64,000 bases of DNA. Source: an uncultured Planctomycetota bacterium (GTDB lineage Bacteria; Planctomycetota; Planctomycetia; Isosphaerales; Isosphaeraceae). Shown in pieces: positions 21,718 to 32,900 of the stretch (position 1 is its first letter; every line of letters starts with the position of its first letter). The notes under the pieces are model-generated. The model ran no database searches, had not been told where the DNA came from, and saw only the letters and a program-made list of their open reading frames with translations. Location: contig CAWGMQ010000003.1 in the NCBI GenBank assembly GCA_963823665.1, positions 800,001 to 864,000 on the forward strand. Reading direction: 5' to 3'. The position numbers were made by a program, and so were the translations under genes.

Positions 21718-24700
21718 TCATCTCGAGACGACGGAGAATTGGGACGAAAGCCGGTTCCGCCGAAACGCCTGGTTCAGTGACGCGTCGATCACGCACTCGA
21801 AGCCGTCTAGCCGGGCGATCAGCCGGCCGCTCTGGTCGATCAGCTCGATCACGGCCACCGCGCGCGCCGCACTTGACTGGCCGATCTCGACGATCACCCG
21901 CACACCTTGCTCCGGAAACTCGCGGGCGAACAGCCGCAAGCCCCCGATGCCGGTCGGCAGCGAATTGGAGCCGATTTTCGTTCGGGTCCAGAGCCCGACA
22001 AGCTGGAAGGCCGAATCGATCGCCAGCGGATCGATCAGCCACTTGCCGCGCGAAGGCCGGTCGATCCACTCCGAGGTACCGGGTGCGGACGATACCCACC
22101 CCGCGATCCCGCGGTCACCGCAGCCCTCGACCGATTCGATTCCTTGCATCTGCGGACCGTGGAAGAGCACCGTCTGATAGATTTCCTCGCGTGCCATCAA
22201 GTGACGCGAAAGTGACGGCTCGGCCAGCCGCGGGCTCGATGGCTCAAGTCGATCGCCCAGCACAATGACCGCGCGAGCATGCGCGACGGCCTTGCCCGTT
22301 GCGAGCGTGCCCGAAAGCTCGACCGGCACAGTGAACTGCCCCGCTCGTCGGACGGGCTTACCCGCGAGAAGCTCAACCGTTGCCGGCCTCTGGTGGCCGA
22401 GGATCACACCTTTGAACAGCCGGAAATCGTCGACACCAACAACGGAAAGACCGGGGTTGCGATCGAGGGCAGCTTCGGCCATCCACTCGAGAATGAGCGC
22501 CACGGGCAAGACGGGGTGCGAGTCGATCACGTGTGACGTCAGCACGGGAACCGACTCGAGATCGACATCGCGCCGGAAGACGGTCGCAAGCGATTCGCGA
22601 TCAGCGGCGGAAGCCGTTGTCGCCGGCTTCGATCGCGCAGACGTCTGGCCCGCTGCGCGCCCTGCCGCGACAACCAGTTCGACGCCGCGGCTCGTCTCTC
22701 GCCGAGCTTCTTCGACGACCAGCTTCGCGCCGGCGTCGAGCGGAATCAGTGCCAGCCCTTCTTGCTCGAACATTGGCTTGAGTGCGTCTGTTACCATGCC
22801 GCCGGCCCACGGGCCCCAGTTGAACGAGACGACCCGGCACTGCGGCAACCGCAGGGACTGCTGCTGTGCCCACTTGTTGAGATACTCGTTCGCCGCCGCG
22901 TAGGCAACCTGTCCCGCGCGGCCGAAGCGCGCCGTCGAGGACGAGAACAGAACCAGCAGCTTGAGCGACTCGGGATCGAGCGCGCTGAACAGATTGTGCA
23001 GGCCATCGACCTTGGTCTGGTAGACCAGGTCGAATTGAGCGTCTGTCTGATCGACGATTCTGCGGTCTGCGAGGACGCCGGCGCCATGAATGAGCCCACG
23101 CACCGGACCGAGCTCCCGATGAATGCGGGCCATCGCCGCGTGAACCGCCGCGCGATCACGCACGTCGACCGAGTGATAGGTCACCGGCGAGCCGGCCGAC
23201 TTGATCCGCTCGAGATTACGGCGTATCTCTCGCTCCGCCAGAATTCGGCGCGATTCCTGGCCCAACTCATGAGGCGAAAGGCGCCGAGGGGATCGCGCGG
23301 CCAGCGCACGCTTCAGCTCGGCCTCGTCCGTGATACCGGGAGCCCAGTCCTCCTCGCGCGAAGGCACCGGCGACCGGCCGAGCAGAACCAGACGCGGCTG
23401 GAACGCCGAGGCCAGCGCCGCCGCTACCTCGGCCGTGATTCCCCGGCCGCCGCCTGTGATCACCAGAACGTCTCCCGGTGCAAGCGGCCGTGCCGGTCGC
23501 TGCTGGGCCTCTTCGATGGTTTGGGTCGCCAGCTCGACCACCATGCGGCCCTGCCGCGACAGACCGACCTCGAGCGGACCGCGTTTCAAGAATTCCTCGA
23601 CGATCACGCGAGCGGCGCCCTCGGGCACGTCGAACGCCGCGTCCACGTCCATCGCCTTGCAGTTGACCGACGGCCACTCGCATGCGGCCGTTTTTGCGAG
23701 CCCCGCCAGTGCGCCGGAAACCGGGCTTGCCCCCGTGCCAAGCCCTGAGAGGCCGAACGACCCGTCTAGCCGCGAGACAGTCAGAATCGACGCGCCTCCT
23801 CTGGCCGCCGAGTCCTCGAGCGCCGGGCCGGCGGCTCGCATCAGTCGAAAGGCGTTCATGACGAGAGCATGATCCGACCCGCCTCGAGGAGCCAGAACGA
23901 TCAACCCACAGAGCCGCTCGCCGGGCGAAGGTGGTCGTGCCTCGGCTGGACCGAGCACCCTGGCCGTGTATCCGCGCTCGGAAAGCCGGCGCTCGACTGC
24001 ACGGGCCAGCGGTGATCCGTCGTCGCTGATCCACACCGTGCCACCGCCGCGCAGCGAGATCTCGTCTCGGCCATCCGGCAGCTCGAGCGGGCGAGCGAGT
24101 GGATAGAGCGTTCGCAGCAGGGAAATGCCCGTCCTCTCAAACCCGTTCACAGACCTGGAGCCCGCGTGCTTCTCGTTGCCGTTTGACAAGGCCGAGCCGT
24201 TGCGATGTGTTTCAATCAGTCCAGGTCCGCCGGCCGGCGGCCCGGTCTTCGCCGCGTTCGAGCGCGCTGGCTCCGCGACTGCAGAGCTTTCGGTCGCGGG
24301 CGTGCCCGACAGAAACTCGGCGATCTGCCGCAACGTTCGCAGCGTGCCGACCTGCTCCGGGCCGAGCGCACGCGCAGCGGGCAACCGCTCCTGAACGGCC
24401 GAGAGGATCTCGACCCGCTTGATCGAGTCGATGCCAAGATCAACGTCGAGTTGCATGTCGAGCTCGAGCATATCAATCGGGAAGCCCGTCTTGTCGGCCA
24501 CCGATTCGAGCAAGATCTGCTCGATCGTCGTCGTGGCCGGCAGATCCGGTCCAGTTGCGGCCGCCGGCCTACCCTGCGCTGCGACGACCGCGGGCACGCT
24601 TCCTTCAAGAAACGTGACGATGTCTTGAAGCGTGCCGAGCGTACCGATTTCTTCAGGGCCGGCGGCGCGGATGCCCGGCAGCCGGTCTTGAATGGCCGAG

Positions 24701-27700
24701 AAGATCTCGACCCGCTTGATCGAATCGATGCCCAGGTCGGCATCCAGCCGCATTTCCAGCTCGAGCATCTCCGCGGGATAGCCGGTCTTCTCGGCAACCG
24801 TCTCGACCAGCACACGGGCGATCTCCGCGGGCGGGCCGAAAACCGGGTCTTCTTGCTGCAAGGCGCCGGCGGCCGCAGCCGGCTCGTTGTTCGAAGCCAG
24901 AGGCTCGCTGATCGCGTCGACGATCGATCGCAGGCTCCGCAGCTTGCCGAGCACCTCCGGGGAAATCGCCGGCAGTGACGGCACGCGCTCTTGCAGGGCC
25001 GATAATATCTCGACCCGTTTGATCGAATCGATCCCCAGGTCCGCGTCAAGCTGCATGTCGAGCTCGAGCACCTCCCCCGGATAGCCGGTCTTCTCGGAAA
25101 CAACATCGATCACGATGGCAGCAATCGAGCCATTCGCGAGCGGAACCGGCAACGGAGTGCTCGCGGCGGGTAAGACTGCCGCCGAAATCGTGGCATCCGA
25201 GCGCGAAACGATATGGGAGGGTGCGAACCCATTCGTCGAGGGCCGCGCCGATGATTCCGTTTCCACTCCAGAGCGGCCGCCCGCGAAATCGGGAGGGCGA
25301 GGCTCCCGCCGAGCCGCGCCCGCGTCGCCGGCGGCGGAAAGACGCGTTGTCTCACCCTGCTGACCGAACAAAGCCCACGACAACCGCTGCTCGTGCTCCA
25401 GCAGCTTCAGGAAGGATTGCTGGGTCTTCGCCTGGCCCTCGAGGAACTGGCGATGAAGCTCGGCCGTTTGTTCCGCCAGCTTCTCGAGCGCGACCAGGCT
25501 CTGCCGCGCATTCTCGAGCGCGACCACGATGCCCTCCGGCGGCGCACTCGCCCGCGCCAGTACAGACTCGTTCACGGACGGCGCCGCGGAAGGAACCTGC
25601 TGAGCGGCCGCCGCGGCGACCGGCAGCGGCGGGGCCCCGACCGGCGACGGCACCGCCCGTTGCGGCGGGCTAGCCTGCGGCCGCGCATTGGCGCCGCAGA
25701 CCTTCACGGTGAGCGCGGGCCGTTTCGAAGGCGCCGGTGCGAACGAATCATCCCAACCAGTGAGATCGACGGCATACCCCTGCGCCGCCAGCGACGCGAG
25801 CGTGCAGGCAAGATCATCGACGTTCCCCGACGCCCCACGCGACGCGTCCACGGCGATCGCCTCGTGGTCCCGTCCCTCCAGGATCGCTCGAACCAGCGCG
25901 GTGAGCTTCGCGTCCGGACCGACCTCCACGAATGTCCGAGCCCCCATCTGGGACATCGCTTCAATCTGGGCCACGAACTCCACCGGCCTGGCGAGCTGAC
26001 CGGCCAGCAAGGCACGCACCGAACCGGGATCAACGGGATAAGGAAGCCCCGTGGAATTTGCGAAAACCGGGACCGGCGAAGAAGGGAAGTCGACGGATTC
26101 AAGGACCAAACGGAATGAGTCGACTGCGCCGGCGACCAGCCGGCTGTGAAAGGCCCGCGACACGCCAAGTGCGTGGGTTGCGATCTGCCGTGCCGCGAAA
26201 AGGCCCCTGCTCCGCTCAATCTCGACGGCCGGCCCGGAGAGCACGCACTGCCGCGGCGCGTTCTTGTTGGCGATGACCAGGTCAAGAGCGTGTTCCCGGA
26301 GCACGTCGGAGGCGTCGTCAACCGCGGCGAAGACCGCCAGCATCGCGCCCTGCTCCTCACCCGCTGACGATGCCGCCATCAGCTCGCCGCGCTTCGCAGC
26401 CAGCAGCGAGAGCGACGCGTCATCAAGGCGGCCCGCAGCGCGAAGCGCCACCAGCTCACCGAAGCTGTGGCCTCCCACAAGCTCGGGGCGTAATCCGAAA
26501 TCCTCGAGGATCGCCAGCAGCCCCAGACTGACGGCCCCGATCGCAGCCTGTGCGTTTCGCGTCTCGCGAAGCGCCTGCTCCTGCTCGCGCCTCTCGTGAT
26601 CGCTATAGCCCGGTCTCGGATAGATCCGGCTCGAGATCGGCACTTCCCCCTGATTGCACAGTGCGTTCGCCAGCGCGATCGACTGCTGCATTCGCGGGAA
26701 CCGGCAAGCCAGGTCGCGGAGCATGCCCGTGTACTGTGATCCCTGGCCGGGAAACAGGAATGCGAGCCGTCCTGAAGGCTGGCCCGTTCCGCAAAAGACA
26801 GACTCCTTGCCGCGGGCCGGGGCGAGCTGTCCGTTCTTTCCGGGCGCACCCTTTGAATCGCCACCAGAGGCGCTCACTCGTGACCGTGCAGTGGCGAGCA
26901 ATGCGGGCCAGCTCGCCTGATCGCGCCGCGTCACGATCAACACGCGGCGGCTCTGGTCGTGCCGGAACGCCTGCCGGCTGCGCGACGCTGCTGCCCGTAT
27001 ATCGGTCCAGTCGGCGAGCCCTTCGAGGGCACCGAGCTGCTCGAGCAACTGAAGCGGCTCCTCGCCCGAGAGAGCAAGGATCTGCACGTCGCCGTCCCAG
27101 TCAACTTCGCTCTTGGCCGGGCCGGCTTCCTCGAGCACGCAGTGAAAATTGCTGCCGCCGAAGCCAAATGCGCTCACGGCCGCGCGGCGGGGCCCGCCGG
27201 CCAGCGAAAACCAGGGCCGGGCCTCTGTGTTCAGGTAGAACGGCGAACGGCCGTTCGCCAGCGGCTCAACGGGCGTCTGCACCTTGGTGGTCGGGGGAAG
27301 CACCTTGTGATGGAGCGCCAGCGCCGCCTTGATCAGCCCCGCTGCCCCCGCGGCCGCCTTGGTATGCCCGATCTGCGACTTCACCGACCCCAGCGCACAC
27401 CACGGGCCGTCCTGGGCCGCCGTGCCGTAAACCTCTTCGAGGGCTTGCAGCTCGGTCGAGTCGCCGACGCGCGTGCCGGTACCGTGGGCTTCGACCAGCT
27501 CGACCGTGCGCGGCGCGATTCCCGCGTGGTTGTAGGCCCGCGAAAGTGCGAGCACCTGCCCCGCCGCGCTCGGCGCGTAAACCGCCTGCCCCATGCCGTC
27601 GCTCGAGCTGCCGATGGAGCGGATCACGGCGTAGATGCGATCGCCGTCGCGGCGGGCATCGTCCAGCCGCTTGAGCACCAGCATTCCCAGACCCTCGCCC

Positions 27701-28521
27701 AGAATCGTGCCGTCGGCTCCCGCATCAAAGGGCCGGGCCTCACCGCTCGGCGAAAGCGCCGGCGTCTTGCTGAAGCACATGTAGACAAAGATGTCGTTGA
27801 ATGTATCGATACCGCCGGTGACGGCCAGATCGCACCGCCCCACGGCGAGCTCGAGCAACGCGAGCTCCAAGGCCCCCAACGAGCTGGCACAGGCTGCGTC
27901 GACCACGCAGTTGGTGCCGCGCAGGTCCAGCCGGTTGGCGATGCGGCCGGCGGCGACGTTTCCCAGCAAGCCGGGGAACGAGTTTTCCTGCCAGCCGACG
28001 TAGGATGAGGCGATCCGATCGACCACCGCATCGGCCGAAGCTCCCGAGATGCCCTCTTCGGCCAGGGCCCGCCTCCAGATCGGCTCACCCAGCCGCGCGC
28101 TCAGAGGAATGACCAGCTCGAGGGTGCCGCTGATGCCCAGGACCACGCTCACCCGCTCGCGATTGAAATCACGGTCCCCACCATAGCCCGCGTCGGCAAG
28201 CGCCTGCCTGGCGATCAACAGGCCGAGGAGCTGCGTCGTGTCGGTCGCCTCGATCGAATGCGGGGCGATCCCGAATTCCAGCGGCGGAAAATCAACCGGC
28301 GAGAGAAAGCCGCCTCGCCGGCAGTAGGTGCGGTCGCGTGCCTTCGGGTCCGGATCGTGATAGTCGCCGGCTCGCCAGTGGGTATCGGGCACTTCGGTGA
28401 TGGCATCGACGCGATCGAGGATATTGGCCCAGTACCGCTTGAGGTCCTCTGCTCGAGGAAACAAGCAGCCCATCCCGATGATGGCCACCGGAACCGGGGC
28501 CGAAGGAGCGAACGAATTCAA
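21718..28521 (-). CDS. pfaA: PUFA synthase PfaA-type subunit: KS - MAT - 3xACP - KR - DH
   Basis: DAACASS, EAHGTGT, GHTKAAAG, FPGQGSQ, GHSFG, three LGIDSIKRVEI motifs, TGGGRGIT, HGAGVLAD and HVIDSHPVLP. Confidence 0.93.
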   Translation of the reverse strand: MNSFAPSAPVPVAIIGMGCLFPRAEDLKRYWANILDRVDAITEVPDTHWRAGDYHDPDPKARDRTYCRRGGFLSPVDFPPLEFGIAPHSIEATDTTQLLGLLIARQALADAGYGGDRDFNRERVSVVLGISGTLELVIPLSARLGEPIWRRALAEEGISGASADAVVDRIASSYVGWQENSFPGLLGNVAAGRIANRLDLRGTNCVVDAACASSLGALELALLELAVGRCDLAVTGGIDTFNDIFVYMCFSKTPALSPSGEARPFDAGADGTILGEGLGMLVLKRLDDARRDGDRIYAVIRSIGSSSDGMGQAVYAPSAAGQVLALSRAYNHAGIAPRTVELVEAHGTGTRVGDSTELQALEEVYGTAAQDGPWCALGSVKSQIGHTKAAAGAAGLIKAALALHHKVLPPTTKVQTPVEPLANGRSPFYLNTEARPWFSLAGGPRRAAVSAFGFGGSNFHCVLEEAGPAKSEVDWDGDVQILALSGEEPLQLLEQLGALEGLADWTDIRAAASRSRQAFRHDQSRRVLIVTRRDQASWPALLATARSRVSASGGDSKGAPGKNGQLAPARGKESVFCGTGQPSGRLAFLFPGQGSQYTGMLRDLACRFPRMQQSIALANALCNQGEVPISSRIYPRPGYSDHERREQEQALRETRNAQAAIGAVSLGLLAILEDFGLRPELVGGHSFGELVALRAAGRLDDASLSLLAAKRGELMAASSAGEEQGAMLAVFAAVDDASDVLREHALDLVIANKNAPRQCVLSGPAVEIERSRGLFAARQIATHALGVSRAFHSRLVAGAVDSFRLVLESVDFPSSPVPVFANSTGLPYPVDPGSVRALLAGQLARPVEFVAQIEAMSQMGARTFVEVGPDAKLTALVRAILEGRDHEAIAVDASRGASGNVDDLACTLASLAAQGYAVDLTGWDDSFAPAPSKRPALTVKVCGANARPQASPPQRAVPSPVGAPPLPVAAAAAQQVPSAAPSVNESVLARASAPPEGIVVALENARQSLVALEKLAEQTAELHRQFLEGQAKTQQSFLKLLEHEQRLSWALFGQQGETTRLSAAGDAGAARREPRPPDFAGGRSGVETESSARPSTNGFAPSHIVSRSDATISAAVLPAASTPLPVPLANGSIAAIVIDVVSEKTGYPGEVLELDMQLDADLGIDSIKRVEILSALQERVPSLPAISPEVLGKLRSLRSIVDAISEPLASNNEPAAAAGALQQEDPVFGPPAEIARVLVETVAEKTGYPAEMLELEMRLDADLGIDSIKRVEIFSAIQDRLPGIRAAGPEEIGTLGTLQDIVTFLEGSVPAVVAAQGRPAAATGPDLPATTTIEQILLESVADKTGFPIDMLELDMQLDVDLGIDSIKRVEILSAVQERLPAARALGPEQVGTLRTLRQIAEFLSGTPATESSAVAEPARSNAAKTGPPAGGPGLIETHRNGSALSNGNEKHAGSRSVNGFERTGISLLRTLYPLARPLELPDGRDEISLRGGGTVWISDDGSPLARAVERRLSERGYTARVLGPAEARPPSPGERLCGLIVLAPRGGSDHALVMNAFRLMRAAGPALEDSAARGGASILTVSRLDGSFGLSGLGTGASPVSGALAGLAKTAACEWPSVNCKAMDVDAAFDVPEGAARVIVEEFLKRGPLEVGLSRQGRMVVELATQTIEEAQQRPARPLAPGDVLVITGGGRGITAEVAAALASAFQPRLVLLGRSPVPSREEDWAPGITDEAELKRALAARSPRRLSPHELGQESRRILAEREIRRNLERIKSAGSPVTYHSVDVRDRAAVHAAMARIHRELGPVRGLIHGAGVLADRRIVDQTDAQFDLVYQTKVDGLHNLFSALDPESLKLLVLFSSSTARFGRAGQVAYAAANEYLNKWAQQQSLRLPQCRVVSFNWGPWAGGMVTDALKPMFEQEGLALIPLDAGAKLVVEEARRETSRGVELVVAAGRAAGQTSARSKPATTASAADRESLATVFRRDVDLESVPVLTSHVIDSHPVLPVALILEWMAEAALDRNPGLSVVGVDDFRLFKGVILGHQRPATVELLAGKPVRRAGQFTVPVELSGTLATGKAVAHARAVIVLGDRLEPSSPRLAEPSLSRHLMAREEIYQTVLFHGPQMQGIESVEGCGDRGIAGWVSSAPGTSEWIDRPSRGKWLIDPLAIDSAFQLVGLWTRTKIGSNSLPTGIGGLRLFAREFPEQGVRVIVEIGQSSAARAVAVIELIDQSGRLIARLDGFECVIDASLNQAFRRNRLSSQFSVVSR
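24308..25125 (-). repeat. Three tandem ACP-domain repeats inside pfaA
   Basis: Three similar KTG(Y/F)P..(L)EL.M.LD.DLGIDSIKRVEI units. Confidence 0.85.
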
Positions 28522-28598
28522 GTCTTTACCCTTTCGAGCGTCGCGATGGTGACCGGCATGATCCTGACTGGCCCGGTCGCGTCGATGAAGGTGCTATG

Positions 28599-30202
28599 TT
28601 AGGAGAAGATCAGCCGGTTCTCAATCTCATCGACCTCCAGAGGCGCCAGCCGCGGCACCCCAGCCGGCAACACGACGCCCTGCATGCTCGCGATCCGCGC
28701 GCGAGTGAGGACCGCCGCGCCGTAGAGAATGTTCAAGGCGACCGTCGCCACGTGTCGATTGTCGGGATCCTCGAGAAACGTGCCGCGCACCCAGTCGTTA
28801 AATGCCGCCATGGCCGGTCCGCACCAGATCTGGTAGTCGACCGTCCGCGCCGGATCGCCCTGATTGGCCCACTGCGACGACATCCCGAGGTACCAGCGGA
28901 AAACCAGGGCCATCTTCTGCTTGGGATCGCGGAGTGCCCGCTCGATTCGCGACGGATCGCGTTCGGCAAAAAAGTCCTGGGTCTGCTGCCAGATCTCCGC
29001 GATCGGAGCGCGGAAGATCGTCTTTTCCAGGTTCGCGCGGTCGGCGTCGCTGAGCTTGTCCAGGCTGTCGTGGCTGCGGTAGAGCTCGTAAAGCTTTGTA
29101 GCGCGCATTGCAAAGAGCGTGCCCCGCTTCAGCACCTGCACCTTTACGCCCATCTCGAACATGTCGGCCGCCGGCGCCATGGCGATATCAGCCTGCTGCG
29201 CCTGGGCGAGCATTCGCCGCACCGCAGGCGAGGTTCCGGCTTCCGACGCATGACTGGTTGACCGACCCGGTCACGATGTAGGCCGCCCCCATCGCCAGTG
29301 CGGCGGCCGCCGACCAGGGCGTCGAGATTCCTCCGGCGGCGCCGATCCGGGGCGGAGTCTCGTAGGCATGCCGCGCCTGCATCTGCTCGAGCAGCGTGAG
29401 CATCGTCGGCAGAAGCACGATGGCCGGCTGGTTGTCGGTGTGCCCGCCGGAATCGGCCTCGGCGGTGATGTCCTCGGCCATCGGAATCGGTCGACGCCAG
29501 CTCGGCCTCTTCGGCACTCAACTGCCGCGATGCGACGAGCTCGCGCAAGAACTGCGGCGGTGGCGGCGCCAGGAACTTGGAGGCAACCTCGACCCGCGAA
29601 ACCTTGGCAATGATGCGATTGGGCGCGACCACCCGCCCGGAGCTGTCGCGAGTGATCCCCGCCACGCGATAATGGACCACCGGCAGCGTCAGATTGAGGA
29701 ACGCCGACGCTTCGACCAGCCTCACTCCTCGTTTGAGATACAGATCGACCACGGCCCTTTCGTGGTCGGGCTCGCCGGGGCTATGGATCAAGTTCATCCC
29801 GAACGGAAGCCGGTCTCCCAGGCTTCGTTCGATCCGATCGAGCGCACGCTCGATCGCCGCGATCGACAGACCGGCCGAGCCAAAGACCCCCAGGAAGCCG
29901 GCACGGGCCATCGCCTCGACGATCTCGACCGAGCCGATGCCGTTGGCCATCGCGCCCGACATGCAGGCATACCGCAGCCGGTGCCGCGCACGGAAATGAG
30001 GGTCTCCAAGCTGCTCCAGGGGGCATGCCGGAATCGTCGCCAGCACACCGTCGCCCGCGCCTGAGCGGCCTGAACCGATCCGCTGGGCCACGACCTCGAC
30101 CTCCGGGCGGTCAGAGCCCGAGGCGTCGATCAATCGAACCGACTCGGCGACGCGCGAAAGCGCGCGCTCGAGGGTCAGGGCGTCGGTGGGGGCCAGTACC
30201 AC
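28599..30202 (-). CDS. pfaD: PUFA synthase enoyl reductase PfaD; two frameshifts (~29490, ~29243)
   Basis: GAMANGI, NLIHSPGEP, VEASAFL, AKVSRVEVA, AEADSGGHTDN, MAPAADMFEMGVKVQVLKRG and DYQIWCGPAM. Confidence 0.92.
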
Positions 30203-30332
30203 TAGTGGTGCTCCGCTCGGTGTCAGTTCATTCCGCGTGGCAGATTGAGATTGCTCTGTTCGTTCAGGATTGATCTTTCTGCGAGTGCTTTCGAGGCCGG
30301 CTTCATCCCGGCCCGTCGACTAACACGCTAGC

Positions 30333-31032
30333 CTAGCTGTCGCGACGCTCGGAGAATCGAAAATGGGGGGCCGGAATCACCGGAATGGGCTCCGCGGCCA
30401 CGGCTTCCGTGATCAGGAACGGGGCCGGACCGTGGTACACTCGCTGAGCCACCGCCTGCAGACCCGCTTGTGCGTACAACTCGCGAAACCGCTTGGCCGA
30501 TGCATGGTGCACATCACCCTCGACGCCCGCGACGCACACGTCGTAGATGAACCAGCCCCAGGGACCGTCGCGGTAGCCGTCGATGATCATCACCCGCCCG
30601 CCGCTGCGCAATACGCGGCGCATTTCCGCGACGGCACGATCCTGCCGTGGGTAGTGGTGGAAGCTGTTGGCGCAGGTCACGACGTCGAATACCCCCGACT
30701 CAAACGGCAGCCGCTCGCTGTCTCCGCGCACCGGAAGCACGTGCGCGCCGTCCAGCCGCCAGCGCTGCTTGCCTTTCTTCAGCATCTCGGACACCAGGTC
30801 GACCCCGCAGACTTCCACCTGCGGCAAGGCCTCGCGCACCCGCGATGCAAACACGCCGGTGCCGCAGCCCACATCCAGCATCTTCAGCGGCCGGTCACCC
30901 GCCACGTCGCGAATCCGTCGAATCAAGACCCGGTGGGATGGTCCGAACAACAGCCACTGAAGAATGCTTCGGTCGTAACTGTTGCTCCACCGCGTGAACT
31001 CCTGGTCGACCTGATCCCTTATCGTACGCCAT
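30333..31032 (-). CDS. Class I SAM-dependent methyltransferase (UbiE/Methyltransf_11-like); frameshift at ~31016
   Basis: LDVGCGTG, LPFESGVFDVV and NSFHHY. AAGGAGG RBS precedes ATG 31032, which joins the main frame if one base is removed. Confidence 0.85.
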
Positions 31033-31192
31033 CCGGGGGCCTCCTTGCCGCCGAAAAACCGCGACAGAAAAAACCTTGCGTCCGCGGCTCGCCCGTTTTT
31101 TCGACCTTCTGTCTTTACCGTAAGTCGCGTCGTCCCGCAACCCGGAATTGACCGAGACCTTGGCGGACACCTATCTTAAAGAGGGGCTCCGA

Positions 31193-32359
31193 ATGGTTCA
31201 CAAGCCGGTTTACCTCGATCATCACGCCACCACGTGCACCGACCCGCGCGTGCTCGAGGCAATGTTGCCGTATTTCACCGAGAAGTACGGAAACGCGGCC
31301 AGCACCTCACATCGCTTCGGTTGGGAGGCCGCCGAGGCCGTCGACCACGCCCGCGAACAGATCGCCGCCGCCCTGGGAGCAAACGCACGCGAGATCATCT
31401 TCACTTCCGGTGCCACCGAATCAAATAATCTTGCTATCAAAGGAGTTGCGCTCGCTGCTCAGCGGCGCGGCAAACATCTCGTCACCGCCGTGTCCGAGCA
31501 TAAGGCTGTCCTCGACCCCATCAAACGGCTGGCTCGCGAAGGATGGGACGTCACCATCGTACCCTGCGACCGGCACGGACAGGTTCAGCCGCAGGCCGTC
31601 GAACGTGCCGTCACGGATCACACGGTGCTCGTTTCGGTGATGGCGGCCAATAACGAGGTGGGTGCGCTCAACCCGATCGAGGAGATCGGCCGTCTCTGCC
31701 ACGAGCGTGGCGTGATCTTCCACACCGACGCAGCCCAGGCCGTCGGCAAGGTCCCGCTCGCCGTGGAATCCGGGGCGATCGACCTACTGAGTATTTCTGG
31801 ACACAAGGTCTATGCCCCCAAGGGGATCGGTGTATTGTACGTCCGTCGAAGTGAGCCGCCAATTCGCCTGGCACCCCTGCTCGAAGGCGGCGGCCATGAG
31901 CGCGGCTTGCGCAGCGGCACGCTACCGGTGCCCTTGATCGTGGGGCTGGGGCTGGCGCTCGAAATTGCCGTGCGAGAGCAGGCGGAGGAGGCCGCCAGGC
32001 TGATCGTGCTGCGTGATCGGCTCCTCGAGGGAATCCGCAGCCGGCTGTCTGACATTCGCTTGAACGGGCATCCCGTCGATCGACTGCCTGGCAATCTCAA
32101 TCTCAGTTTCGAGGGCGTCGATGGCGAGGCGCTCATGATGGCGATGCGCGACGTGGCGGTCAGCTCGGGTTCGGCATGCTCCTCGACCAACCCCGAGCCC
32201 AGCCATGTCCTCCTGGCGATGGGCCTCACCGACGATCTGGCGCGCGCCAGCCTCCGATTCGGCCTGGGGCGCTTCACAACCTCCGAAGAAGTCGATTTTG
32301 CCGCGCAGGAGGTCGGAGGGGCCGTCGAGCGTCTCCGCGAGTTGGGTGTTGCCTGGTGA
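31193..32359 (+). CDS. iscS: Cysteine desulfurase (IscS/NifS group I)
   Basis: YLDHHATT, FTSGATESNN, HTDAAQ, SGHK (PLP Lys), RSGT and SSGSACSS. Confidence 0.93.
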   Translation: MVHKPVYLDHHATTCTDPRVLEAMLPYFTEKYGNAASTSHRFGWEAAEAVDHAREQIAAALGANAREIIFTSGATESNNLAIKGVALAAQRRGKHLVTAVSEHKAVLDPIKRLAREGWDVTIVPCDRHGQVQPQAVERAVTDHTVLVSVMAANNEVGALNPIEEIGRLCHERGVIFHTDAAQAVGKVPLAVESGAIDLLSISGHKVYAPKGIGVLYVRRSEPPIRLAPLLEGGGHERGLRSGTLPVPLIVGLGLALEIAVREQAEEAARLIVLRDRLLEGIRSRLSDIRLNGHPVDRLPGNLNLSFEGVDGEALMMAMRDVAVSSGSACSSTNPEPSHVLLAMGLTDDLARASLRFGLGRFTTSEEVDFAAQEVGGAVERLRELGVAW

Positions 32360-32463
32360 ACCCCGAATAGCGCATGATTTGACAACCTGGTATGATTGTT
32401 TAACGAGATCGAAGGCGCCGGATCCGGCGGCCGAATGATTCCAATTCAAAAGGAGATGCTGCG

Positions 32464-32793
32464 ATGGGTGTAATCCTGACCGAAAAAGCTGCGACCGAAG
32501 TCAAGAAAATCATCACCGAACAGAACTTGCCGGAAGGCACCGTCCTCCGCGTCGGCGTGCAGGGCGGCGGATGCAGCGGCTTTTCGTACAGCCTCGGGTT
32601 CGATACGAGCACCTCTGAGAAAGATCGAGTCCAGGACGTCCATGGCGTGAAGCTGGCCGTCGAGAAGAAATTCGATCCCTATCTCGAGGGAACGGTCGTC
32701 GACTACTACGACGGGCTGGAGAAGCGCGGGTTCGTCTTCAACAACCCGAATGTCGTCAAGTCGTGCGGCTGCGGCAGCTCGTTCCAGGTTTGA
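32464..32793 (+). CDS. iscA: A-type Fe-S cluster carrier (IscA/ErpA/HesB)
   Basis: GGGCSGFSY and NPN...CGCGSSF; AAGGAG RBS. Confidence 0.93.
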   Translation: MGVILTEKAATEVKKIITEQNLPEGTVLRVGVQGGGCSGFSYSLGFDTSTSEKDRVQDVHGVKLAVEKKFDPYLEGTVVDYYDGLEKRGFVFNNPNVVKSCGCGSSFQV

Positions 32794-32871
32794 ACGGACA
32801 GTGAGCGAGGCCGTTCGGGCGTTGTCCGCCCGGGGCCAGCTCGTTCGCCACTCGACCGATCCCCGGCTCAT

Positions 32872-32900
32872 CCCTTCCAGGCTCGCCCTGGAAGGGTTCT
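32872..32900 (+). terminator. Hairpin downstream of iscA (possible intrinsic terminator)
   Basis: Perfect 10-bp stem CCCTTCCAGG-CTCGC-CCTGGAAGGG followed by TTCT; the U-tail is weak. Confidence 0.45.

Noticed and set aside
4997..31032. Programmed frameshifting or pseudogenisation of the pfa/ole genes
   Set aside because: The shifts share no slippery motif, include a compensating pair, and also hit unrelated housekeeping genes; sequencing error is simpler.
32367..32406. TTGACA promoter or IscR box before iscA
   Set aside because: The TATGAT lies only 6 nt from TTGACA, there is no good -10 at 16-18 nt, and no convincing IscR palindrome.
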